Below, one piece after another: positions 32,716 to 41,196 of a stretch of DNA of 64,000 nucleotides. Every line of letters starts with the position of its first letter. Positions within the stretch are counted from its first letter, which is position 1. The translations under genes and the position numbers were made by a program. This DNA is from Opitutales bacterium (lineage in GTDB: Bacteria; Verrucomicrobiota; Verrucomicrobiia; Opitutales; PNEW01): NCBI GenBank assembly GCA_965197745.1, contig CBDANS010000007.1:2016001-2080000 (forward strand), written 5' to 3'. A model generated the notes under the pieces. That model had not been told where the DNA came from. It did not search any database and saw nothing but the letters and a program-made list of their open reading frames with translations.

Positions 32716-35150
32716 CTAAACGGGATAAACATATTTATCACCCAGAAATAAATGAATGAAATCTCTCATTCTGGTCCACCCCTCAGTATATGGTTTAACA
32801 TATGTTTCCTTCCAATATACCCGACACATAAACTCTAAACAATACATGCATGTAATAGCTTCACTCATAAAACGATATTTATCGTTATATGAATCTAAAA
32901 TCCCATAACCCTTTAAAAAAGAACAAAGATTTTCTTGGATGCAATTATTAGTCCAACCATCAATACACCATTGAAGTATTACACCTGCAATCTCCATCTG
33001 TGGTGCAGGGCCTGAACCGCAGGACGGCCAATCAATAACAGCACTAATATTACCATTCTTACCCAATAAAAAATTTAATAAATTACATACAAGATCTCCA
33101 TGAATTAATTTCGGCTCAAAATCATATTGGGCTAATTCATCTAATAATGCTAATATGCTAAAACTTTGCTTAGCAGATAACACCCCTTTGGATTCCAGCA
33201 ACTCAAAGTGATCGGACCCCGTATTTCGTATCAAATTTTAAGTGAGAGAACTACCGGGTGTTAATGGTTTTAGGATTGATGTATATGAGAGATCTTGGCG
33301 CAGTGAGGGCGTAGCCCGAACGCGGCCAAGAGCGGAAAGGAATGTGACAAACTCTTGTGGGCTTTTAAAGCCTAATCGACTGTGGGGATGTTCATTGTTA
33401 TAGGTCTGACGCCATTGTTCTATTAGCACTTGCGCTTCAGCCACGCTGAGCAACACTTCAGGGTTCAAACACTCATCGCGTAAGCGGTTGTGAAACGACT
33501 CGATGAAACCGTTTTGCCAGGGACTGCCCGGATCGATATATATCGCCTTGATCTTTTTGTCGGACAACCACTGCTGCACCTGATGAGCAATGAATGGCTT
33601 CGCATGTCGTCGCTTCGCTCCTCGGAACACTGCCGTTGTCACTGCGGATATAGCTAGGAACTCCCTCTTCATCGATGGTTTCGCTGAGTACCGAGAGAAC
33701 ATCGGTTGAGGTGAGCTGTCGAGCTACCCGGATGCGTAAACATTTACGCGTATATGTCTTCGCTTCGCTTGAGTGTCGTCGCTTTCAGCTCCTCGGTACA
33801 TCGATCAAGGTCATCATCTTTAGCATACCGCCATTGTCTGTACGATCATGGACAAAGTCCCAGGACCAGACGTGATTGCGACCGGTTGCTTTAGTAGGGA
33901 GCCCAGTAGAGATCCCCTGACGGTGTCTACGCTTTTTTGGTGGCTTTACCTGTAAGCCCGAAGAACGTCGCACTGCCTGTACAAATTTCCTGCTTGCCGC
34001 CCAACCTTCTTTCACCAGCAAGGCACGAATGCGCCGGTAACCGTAACGGGGATGTTCCCAGGACAAGGTCAAAATCCGCTCGGCCAATTGCTGAGCCTTC
34101 TTACTGGCCTGCTTGGGTCGGTAGCTGTACGTTGACCAACTGAGGCTGAGATAAGCACAAGCCCTCTAAAACGAGCACAGCCCCTTCTCAGCCGCATCTT
34201 TTACTGCTCGCTTCTTCTGCTTTGGGCTCACCATTTTTTTGAGAGCGTTTCCTCCAACACCCGAAGCTTGAGCATTTGATCAGCGAGCATCTTCTTCAGC
34301 TCCGTATTCTCCTTTTCCAGCTCTTTAAATCGCTTCGCATCAGCCAGCTCCAAGTTGCCATACTTTTTGCCCCAGCGATAGAAGGTCTGTTCACTTAGGT
34401 TGTTGCCGTGGCAGACTTCCTGCACGGTTTTGCCCGTATCGGGCTGCCGCAGTATTGCTATGATCTGTTCTGTTGTATATCTTTTTCTTTTCATTGAGGT
34501 TATCTGTTTATCCCGATAACCTCTCTCTGTTAATGATACCATTTTTGGGGGTCACTCCAAAAGTCAATTCGAGTGATATAGGAACGCACAAAGTCTCCCC
34601 AATCTCCATATTCAAAACGAGAATCTTCTAAAATAAAACTATCCACCCAATTTTTGGGCCCTCCTCCAAAGCTATCAGTTGATATTTGATTAATCTGTGC
34701 AGCAATACGTCCAACATTCTCTAAAAAGTCCAAACCTTCATCCTTGTATTCTGGGTAGAAGTATTTAGTGCATTTTTCCATGCTAAAATACATCCCATGC
34801 AATCCAACCTCAGGGTTCTGGTCTGAACTCCATTCCATGCAGAAATAGCTAAATTCTTCACCACTTTCAAGCTTACCGGTTCCAATTATCTCTGGAAATA
34901 CAGATAAGACAGGAACATCTTTATGAACTATTTGGTGCGCCCAAAGTTGTTTACCAACAACACTCCGACAATAAGCAGAGGTGATTGTATGAGAGTCTGT
35001 ATAATTCTGATTAAGTTTTATTGCGTACTTATTACCCTTACTTTCTACAAAAACAACATCATTTATAGAACCAAAAACAATAGCTCCTTCGAATAATTCT
35101 GGATGCTTACTGGGTAGTTCTTTCTCAAAAAATCTTTTGAATTTACACAT
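32716..35150 (-). pseudogene. Aminoglycoside-phosphotransferase/kinase-like gene split by IS3
   Basis: N-part (YAIK, MEW) at 34560-35150 and C-part (LIHGDL, VIDW) at 32716-33208 rejoin in frame as RIDFELLES when the IS and one DR are removed; AT-rich. Confidence 0.85.
33209..34559 (-). mobile_element. IS3-family element, degraded
   Basis: IRs TGATCGGACCCC / TGGAGTGACCCC, 4-bp DR AAAG; OrfA MKRKRYTTEQI; OrfB pieces YGYRRI, WSWDF, PGSPWQNGFIESFH. Confidence 0.93.
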
Positions 35151-35159
35151 TATTTCTTG

Positions 35160-35216
35160 GTCGAATGTGCCGGTGAGCGACGGCGATCAGCCGTCCGCTC
35201 CACTGGCTGGTTATTA
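35160..35216 (-). other. attC-like site
   Basis: Minus strand TAATAAC-CAGCC-AGTGGAGCGGACGGC..GCCGTCGCTCACC-GGCAC-ATTCGAC; 57 bp, extra-helical bases present. Confidence 0.75.
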
Positions 35217-35237
35217 GATCAATCCCGAAAGTCAAAA

Positions 35238-35297
35238 GGAGTCAGTCTTCGCCATTCGGCAAAAGTAATAAAAATGCCAAGATGCGAGACCTGACCC
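35238..35297. repeat. GG[AG]GTCAG...CTGACCC palindrome
   Basis: GGAGTCAGTCTTCGC ... GCGAGACCTGACCC. Confidence 0.65.
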
Positions 35298-35383
35298 TTT
35301 TGCAATTCGTAACTCATACTGCATAGCGCAAAGCACAGAGGCAGCAGTAAGGTAGTCACAATAGGTGCGTATTGTTATGCATT

Positions 35384-35794
35384 TTACTCAATGAATGCAC
35401 CCATGCTAAGGCGGTCCTCTTTTTTGAACCCCATAGCTTTATAGAAGGTTGCTACTTCAGTATTTGTAGAGCGTATTTGTAGATTAACTTTAATGCAGCC
35501 AAGTTCTTTTAAGGATTGCATTGCATATTTTACGAGCCGCGCACCGGCACCACTACGACGCTGCTCCTTTAGCACCGCAACTGCATACAGCCACCCACGA
35601 TGCCCATCATAGCCAGCCATGCAAGCACCGACTAATTTTCCTTCATGTTCTGCCACAAATATAAGATCGTCGACGGCAAGCTTTGCCTCAATGACAATTG
35701 AAGGTTCATTATGTGGAGGGTCATCGGGAAAGACAGTATTCCAAAGTTCAATCAATGAGCTTTTATCTGTGTCTTGATATTTCCGTATATTCAT
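35384..35794 (-). CDS. GNAT acetyltransferase (YpeA-like), gene cassette
   Basis: MAGYDGHRGWLYAVAV, GCIKVNLQIR; bounded by ATTATGC upstream and GCATAAC just after the stop. Confidence 0.92.
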   Translation of the reverse strand: MNIRKYQDTDKSSLIELWNTVFPDDPPHNEPSIVIEAKLAVDDLIFVAEHEGKLVGACMAGYDGHRGWLYAVAVLKEQRRSGAGARLVKYAMQSLKELGCIKVNLQIRSTNTEVATFYKAMGFKKEDRLSMGAFIE

Positions 35795-35808
35795 AACTTC
35801 CTCATGAT

Positions 35809-35867
35809 GCATAATGTCGTGGATCAGGCGCGACAATAAACTGACACCTGCATCCTGCTTGTTATGC
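35809..35867 (-). other. attC-like site
   Basis: Minus strand GCATAAC-AAGCA-GGATGCAGG..CCTGATCC-ACGAC-ATTATGC; 59 bp. Confidence 0.8.
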
Positions 35868-35873
35868 GCTTCC

Positions 35874-37175
35874 TTATGCGTAGGCTTGTGTAAGAAGCCT
35901 CATGTTTTCTTCTACTAGCACGTCATCAATATTCTCCGCAAGGATATACGCCCCCATCGCTCTAGCTACCCAGACCTCATACCCGCTGCGGTCCAGGGAC
36001 TCACGAGTAACGAAGTACCCGTTGCTCCCACAGGATGTACTGGCACAAAGCGTGTATTGGGCAGGACTGAGATCACGAAGACGAAGGACGGTTTCAGCAA
36101 ATGGCTCTCCAGGAAATGGCACTATCGCAACCGGGCCGAGGCGAAGAATGACCTGGAGATAGTTCTTTCCGGAGACTGGTGCGACCTGCTGAGCGCTGAC
36201 AACGGCCTGCCAATATTTATATTCACACATACCTTTTCCGTATTCGTTCCGGTGAGGTTCAGCCTCTGCAAGATTACGACTGGCTTCATCCTCCGAGGGC
36301 AAAGACCTGTAGGGTAATGGGTATGCTCCGGTCGTGATTCCCAGCTCCACGATACGGAATTCCTTAATCGCGCGAATGGCTCGCATCGCATCCATCCCCG
36401 CCCGAGTGCCGACCTCCTGCAACGCTGCTTGTCCGTCTCCGACAGCACCGAGGAAATTGCTCCGGGGAGCTATGTCGCCCACCGCACCGTTGACAAAAAG
36501 CACCGGAGCGCCAGTAAGGTCTTCGACCCGATCGATCATCACACCAGGCCAATCGCGGGAAATTGCCCTGCTCTTGCTTGTAAGAACGGTGGGATGTGCC
36601 CCGTAGTGAATCAGGGTTGCCAGAGGACCGTCTGCGCTCTGAAAGCAGACTACGGTCATTTCCGGATCGTAGATCCCCCAGCGGTTGTACCCCAACCCAA
36701 CTGAGTGGTCAGCCATAATCGCTCTGCGATTTACGCCTACATCACTTTCCGTCATCCCAAAACCGACCTGAATTTTCTTCAGGTTCTGACTGGCTTTCAC
36801 CGCCGCTTTGATGCTCTGGCTTACGACAAGATCGACATAGGTCTCGTCCTTATCGCACCATCCCCAACACGTCATGGTGCAGGGGGCGGAATGCGTCTGA
36901 ATAGTACAGACGACGATGCTGTCCGCGTGTATGCCGGTCTGTTCCTGAATACCCTGCCGAATCGCTTCTACATCGGCGTCTTCAAGAATGCAGATCGTCA
37001 AACTGATCAGGACTGCTGTCGTCTCTCCTTGTTTCAAGACAAGTGCGTTTGCCTGCAATGGGTCGCGGACAGACTCCGCTTTCCGGTCTGGATCAGGATA
37101 ACCCATCAGCAGAAAACCGAGTTCGGGCGTGATGTCGGTTCGAGCGAAGCCGCCGAAAAGTTGTAGCTCTTTCAT
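35874..37175 (-). CDS. Neutral/alkaline ceramidase-like protein
   Basis: GFARTDITP, DPLQANALVL, QTHSAP, YGAHP, ISRDWPG, NGAVGDI, PGEPF. Confidence 0.8.
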   Translation of the reverse strand: MKELQLFGGFARTDITPELGFLLMGYPDPDRKAESVRDPLQANALVLKQGETTAVLISLTICILEDADVEAIRQGIQEQTGIHADSIVVCTIQTHSAPCTMTCWGWCDKDETYVDLVVSQSIKAAVKASQNLKKIQVGFGMTESDVGVNRRAIMADHSVGLGYNRWGIYDPEMTVVCFQSADGPLATLIHYGAHPTVLTSKSRAISRDWPGVMIDRVEDLTGAPVLFVNGAVGDIAPRSNFLGAVGDGQAALQEVGTRAGMDAMRAIRAIKEFRIVELGITTGAYPLPYRSLPSEDEASRNLAEAEPHRNEYGKGMCEYKYWQAVVSAQQVAPVSGKNYLQVILRLGPVAIVPFPGEPFAETVLRLRDLSPAQYTLCASTSCGSNGYFVTRESLDRSGYEVWVARAMGAYILAENIDDVLVEENMRLLTQAYA

Positions 37176-37648
37176 ATTATTCTTTCTGATTGTATAACGC
37201 CTCCAGAAGGTTGCTCCCGCGCAGCACGCCGAAACAGCCAGGCCGATCCAACAAACAGCGCGACGAAGAACCCCGTCAGGATTAAGATATCCCGCGGCCA
37301 GATCGGCCCCGTAGAGCCCCACCCCGCGATCAGCGCGATTGCACCGACCAACGCATGAGCGAGCGCCGTCGCGAACAACGTGCGTGTCATTCCCTGTGGC
37401 TGAAAACGCGCGATGATGGCACCGAAGAAACCGACGGCGAGCACCCCATAATACATCATGTTGGCGTCGTCGTCCGCAGTCCCGATGATGCCAACAGCAC
37501 CGTTCACCCAGAAGAGGAGGAATGCTGCCGTAAGTGCAAGGCCGACGGCGGATTTATAAGCGGTATTGTCAGGCTTCCTCGCTTTAAGGACCATGAAGAC
37601 GACGATGAACGCTGCCGCGAGCACGATAAGGGGCAAGAATTTAAGCAT
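37172..37648 (-). CDS. Membrane protein (cassette-like)
   Basis: FLLFWVNGAVGIIG, ARFQPQGM; five TM segments; the 3' end runs into the GTTATAC core of the next unit. Confidence 0.8.
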   Translation of the reverse strand: MLKFLPLIVLAAAFIVVFMVLKARKPDNTAYKSAVGLALTAAFLLFWVNGAVGIIGTADDDANMMYYGVLAVGFFGAIIARFQPQGMTRTLFATALAHALVGAIALIAGWGSTGPIWPRDILILTGFFVALFVGSAWLFRRAAREQPSGGVIQSERII

Positions 37649-37700
37649 TTTGCCTATTTGTTCTTTGATTTCTGTGAGTTAGCGACACCTTAAGATAACG

Positions 37701-37763
37701 GTATAACGTCGCGGTTAACTTACCGGCGCGTAAGCGACGGTTAAGTTGTACCGTTTGTTAGAC
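37701..37763 (-). other. attC site (best-conserved)
   Basis: Minus strand GTCTAAC-AAAC-GGTACAACTTAACCG..CGGTAAGTTAACC-GCGAC-GTTATAC; 63 bp. Confidence 0.85.
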
Positions 37764-37777
37764 AATCGTTGCCCGAG

Positions 37778-38026
37778 TTATTCGAGTGAAATCACAACTT
37801 TCTCATTCTTCTTGTGTTCCTCGACCTCTACCAGAGTCCCATTGATCTCCGGATTCATCGAAAGCTTGGTGAGCTCGTCGAGATCAATCCCATTGCTTTG
37901 AAGTGCTGCAGCCGCCTGCTTCGGAATTAGTTTGGATGCGACCTCGAGGACGCTACCGGGAATAGTGACAGTCGTCTTCGGTTGCGCTTCGCCAACCTTG
38001 AAAACTCGAATCTTCAATTCAGCCAT
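37778..38026 (-). CDS. Small hypothetical protein, gene cassette
   Basis: AGGAG RBS; lies between module 6 and the attC at 37701-37763. Confidence 0.8.
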   Translation of the reverse strand: MAELKIRVFKVGEAQPKTTVTIPGSVLEVASKLIPKQAAAALQSNGIDLDELTKLSMNPEINGTLVEVEEHKKNEKVVISLE

Positions 38027-38054
38027 GATTCTCTCCTTTCCGCATATCTTTTCT

Positions 38055-38130
38055 ATCTATCAAATGATTCTAAAGTTCATTATATTCGCGTATGGGAAAA
38101 TGTTGTCAAGGTGGCAAAAGGGGTCAGGTT
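38055..38130 (-). promoter_or_regulatory. attI-like module 6
   Basis: TTGACA-N19-TATAAT ... TTAGAAT-CATTT-GATAGAT; GGGGTCAGG at distal end. Confidence 0.65.
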
Positions 38131-38167
38131 ATTAATGCTAAAAATGAGGCACGTCGTTAGGTGTTGC

Positions 38168-38485
38168 CTACACTGTCTGGTTGGGATTTTGTTTCATCGG
38201 ATCGAAATCGCTATCGCTATGGGGATCGATCTCATTGGTTCTGTAGATTGCGCGCTCATCTTCACCAGAATAGCCCCGCGCGATCTCAAAATACCTTCTT
38301 CGGTCCGGTTCAGATGTTTTTCCATTACCTTCCGCAATGTTCAGAGGAATCGACTGGCTTGCCCGTAGCCACTGGTCGCGGGCGTGACGATGAACGCCAT
38401 TCAGCCTTTCGGACCCTTCATAAACCCAGCTGACATAGTCGATGGAAAGACCGTAAACGTCCAGTTTCTCGTGTCCCAATGTCAT
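38168..38485 (-). pseudogene. Four-helix bundle protein, internally deleted
   Basis: HEKLDVY, DQWLRASQSIPLNIAEGNG, YFEIARG joined directly to YSGEDER, so the last helices are missing. Confidence 0.85.
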
Positions 38486-38534
38486 CTTAGTTCGATTCCG
38501 ATAACGATCCCGATTTCGATTTGGATTGTTTTAC

Positions 38535-38632
38535 TCACAACAGGTAATTCGAAATTTCTGAATAATTCGAGTATCGGGATAATGTTTTCGAAGTTAACAA
38601 CTGGGAGCAAAATAAATAGAAGCTGACCCATT
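38535..38632 (-). promoter_or_regulatory. attI-like module 7
   Basis: TTCGAAT-TACCT-GTTGTGA; distal CTGACCC; paralog of modules 1 and 2. Confidence 0.6.
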
Positions 38633-38658
38633 TTGACATTACAAATGGCTGTCCCTGC

Positions 38659-39354
38659 TCACTCGGCAGGGAAGAAATGAGAGACAATGCCGATCCGCGG
38701 CTGATAGGTCTGGTTACCGGACGAACCGTGAATGCATAAGCTGTGATGAAATGCCGCGTCGCCTGGCGCTAAGCGGGCATACACTACCTTGTCCGAAGTG
38801 GGATTCGATACCTCGAAGGCACGGTGAATTTCATACTTGCCAATAGCATTTGTATGTTGATTAAGACCCGTCCGGTGGCTACCTGTCACATATCCCACAG
38901 AACCGTTACTCGGATTGCACGCCGTCAACGCGATCCAACAGGTAATGCCAGCTTCACTCGCACTTTGACCTTGCCAATAGTGACCGTCCTGGTGCCATTG
39001 CACCCTGGCGCTGTATTGTGCCGGTTTGGCAATCACCTGCCCGTAGGAAAACCGCAACGGATAACCTGTCAGATACTCAGCTAATTGCTGTGCCCGGCGA
39101 CGGTAGGGATGCTCAGCTAATTTCGGGATCGGACCCTCGTCGCTGATACTGATCTGCTGTTGAAGGCCGTGTTTAATATCCGTATTCCCTTCCTCTCCGA
39201 AACCCAAATGCCCAAGTTCACGATCCAAGGCGGGGCGCAACAGTTCTAAGAGTTCAATCGCTTCATCATGACTGAGAAGCTTTTGGTAAAATACAAAACC
39301 ATTGTCCAGATACCGTTGGCGATGGGCTGGATCAGGATTGGCAACCGGGCTCAT
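38659..39354 (-). CDS. PhyH-family dioxygenase
   Basis: WHQDGHYW, CWIAL, GSH, PGDAAFHHSLCIHGS. Confidence 0.9.
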   Translation of the reverse strand: MSPVANPDPAHRQRYLDNGFVFYQKLLSHDEAIELLELLRPALDRELGHLGFGEEGNTDIKHGLQQQISISDEGPIPKLAEHPYRRRAQQLAEYLTGYPLRFSYGQVIAKPAQYSARVQWHQDGHYWQGQSASEAGITCWIALTACNPSNGSVGYVTGSHRTGLNQHTNAIGKYEIHRAFEVSNPTSDKVVYARLAPGDAAFHHSLCIHGSSGNQTYQPRIGIVSHFFPAE

Positions 39355-39407
39355 TTTTCAAGTAATCATTTAAATACTAAAGGTGTCATAAACTTCCAAT
39401 CATCCCT

Positions 39408-40877
39408 TTAGAGTGGTTCGGTCCTGCGAAATCCTGTAGGGGGTTTTGGAACGTCTGGCCAGGTATCTCCAGTCTTCTTTAACCAATCCGAGAGAGCGGA
39501 CCGCATCTCCTCGATTTGCTCCTGGCAGTGTGGATCATCAATCAGGTTGTTCCTCTCATGCGGATCCTCGACAAGGTTGTAGAATTCATTAATCCCATTC
39601 TGGGATTCGATGTATTTATAATTTCTCGTTCGCCACATTCGCAATGGTGTTACCGGATCTTCCGCCCAGCTGCAGGAATGATATTCTCCCGCTAAACCCT
39701 CTCTCACGGGTTGTGAATCCCCTTCGATGAGCGGGGCGATAGATACACCGTGAAGCTCCTCCGGGGGTTCAACGCCACAGTAATTCAGAATCGTCGGCAT
39801 AAGGTCGACATGAGAGACCAGTTCCGGAGAGCGCCCCGGTTTATTATCCCCACCTGGAGGAACAATGATCAGGGGGATGTGAATCAGCTCCTCAAACATC
39901 AACGCACTTTTGTAGATAAAACCGTGGCTTCCCAATAACTCTCCGTGATCCGAAGTAAATATAATAAGCGTATTATCAAACAGGTCTTTCTGGTGGAGTG
40001 CCGCCATTAATCGTCCGGTTAAAAAATCAACAAAACTGACTTCGCCTAAATAGCCGGCCCACATTTGTCGTAACTGGTTGTCATTCCATTGTTCAACAGA
40101 TCGCAAATGACCTTCCAGCAGGCGCTCCTTGAGACAATTCGCGGTATAAGTATCTCTAAGGGATTCAGGAAGGTTCATGTCATCGTAGTTGTACATGCTG
40201 ATAAAAGGCTCCGGGCAGACCCAGGGTGGATGGGGTTCATGGGTGCTCCACACCAGCATAAATGGTTGATCCAATGAAGAAACATGATGGATGAACTCTA
40301 CAGCGCGATCACACATCAGCGATGCAGGGTGATCGGCAAGTCCCAACCGGGACGGCCCGAAGCAAATCGTCTCGTCATACTTATCCTTGTCGGGATCAAT
40401 TCCACCTTGATGACGACCGGTGACCTCCTCACCAATTCTCTTTGCATGTTGAATGATTTCATTCTCTTCCGATCGGTCCACATCAAAATTAAAATGCGCG
40501 GCTTTAAAGTCAGAGAAACCTCTCCGGTTGTATCCGGTACCCATATGCCACTTTCCCGTATAACCGCAGAAATAGCCCGCTGGTTTGAGGTAGTCAGCAA
40601 TGAGTTTCAGGTCTTTACGCATCAACATCTGATCAACACCGGGTCTCATTTGATGATTCGCAACCATACCGTGGGTGTGCGGATAGAGACCCGAGAAAAT
40701 GGAAGCCCTCGAGGGTGTGCAGATGGGCGTTGTGCAGAAAGCATTTTCGAAGAGCATTCCATTCGCGGCCAACCCATCGATGTTCGGAGTCGAGATGTGC
40801 TCGCGGCCCGTGCATCCAAGTGTGTCATACCGCTGTTCATCCGTCACAATGAGAAGCACGTTCGGGCGAGATGTCAT
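39408..40877 (-). CDS. Sulfatase
   Basis: RPNVLLIVTDEQR, CTPSRAS, GKWH, TSDHGE. Confidence 0.93.
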   Translation of the reverse strand: MTSRPNVLLIVTDEQRYDTLGCTGREHISTPNIDGLAANGMLFENAFCTTPICTPSRASIFSGLYPHTHGMVANHQMRPGVDQMLMRKDLKLIADYLKPAGYFCGYTGKWHMGTGYNRRGFSDFKAAHFNFDVDRSEENEIIQHAKRIGEEVTGRHQGGIDPDKDKYDETICFGPSRLGLADHPASLMCDRAVEFIHHVSSLDQPFMLVWSTHEPHPPWVCPEPFISMYNYDDMNLPESLRDTYTANCLKERLLEGHLRSVEQWNDNQLRQMWAGYLGEVSFVDFLTGRLMAALHQKDLFDNTLIIFTSDHGELLGSHGFIYKSALMFEELIHIPLIIVPPGGDNKPGRSPELVSHVDLMPTILNYCGVEPPEELHGVSIAPLIEGDSQPVREGLAGEYHSCSWAEDPVTPLRMWRTRNYKYIESQNGINEFYNLVEDPHERNNLIDDPHCQEQIEEMRSALSDWLKKTGDTWPDVPKPPTGFRRTEPL

Positions 40878-40951
40878 TTCAATTGCAAATTGATGTGGAT
40901 GTCGTCCCGCAACCGCGGGACTCGGTACGGAATGAGAAAAGGTGGCAAAAT

Positions 40952-41095
40952 GGGTCAGGTTGTGTATTTATAGATTTTCAGGATTCGAAATTAAATCGGA
41001 CAGTTGAATCAACAATAAATTACTAATTTCGTTAGTATTCAAATACAGATTGAAAACGTATTCTAAGTTGAATTTATATATACACAGCCTGACCT
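40952..41095. repeat. MITE-like family A copy 3 (no IS inserted)
   Basis: Aligns with the 14591 and 26036 copies. Confidence 0.85.
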
Positions 41096-41196
41096 CTTCT
41101 AAAATTCTCGCATGCATTGGCAGATTCTCTTTCTTTTGATCAACATATCGGGTGCTTAATCTCTTTCCCCCCTTCTATCTCTTCCATGCTCATATA

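Noticed and set aside
32716..35794. Antibiotic-resistance call for the APH-like and GNAT cassettes
   Set aside because: Only superfamily-level motifs are visible, and the kinase-like gene is IS-disrupted.
37176..37322. Listed N-terminal extension of the 482-aa ORF
   Set aside because: It overlaps the membrane-protein gene and crosses the GTTATAC core; ATG 37175 fits the family start.
28716..38632. CRISPR array reading of the repeated modules
   Set aside because: Repeats are long, diverged and separated by whole genes; no cas genes.
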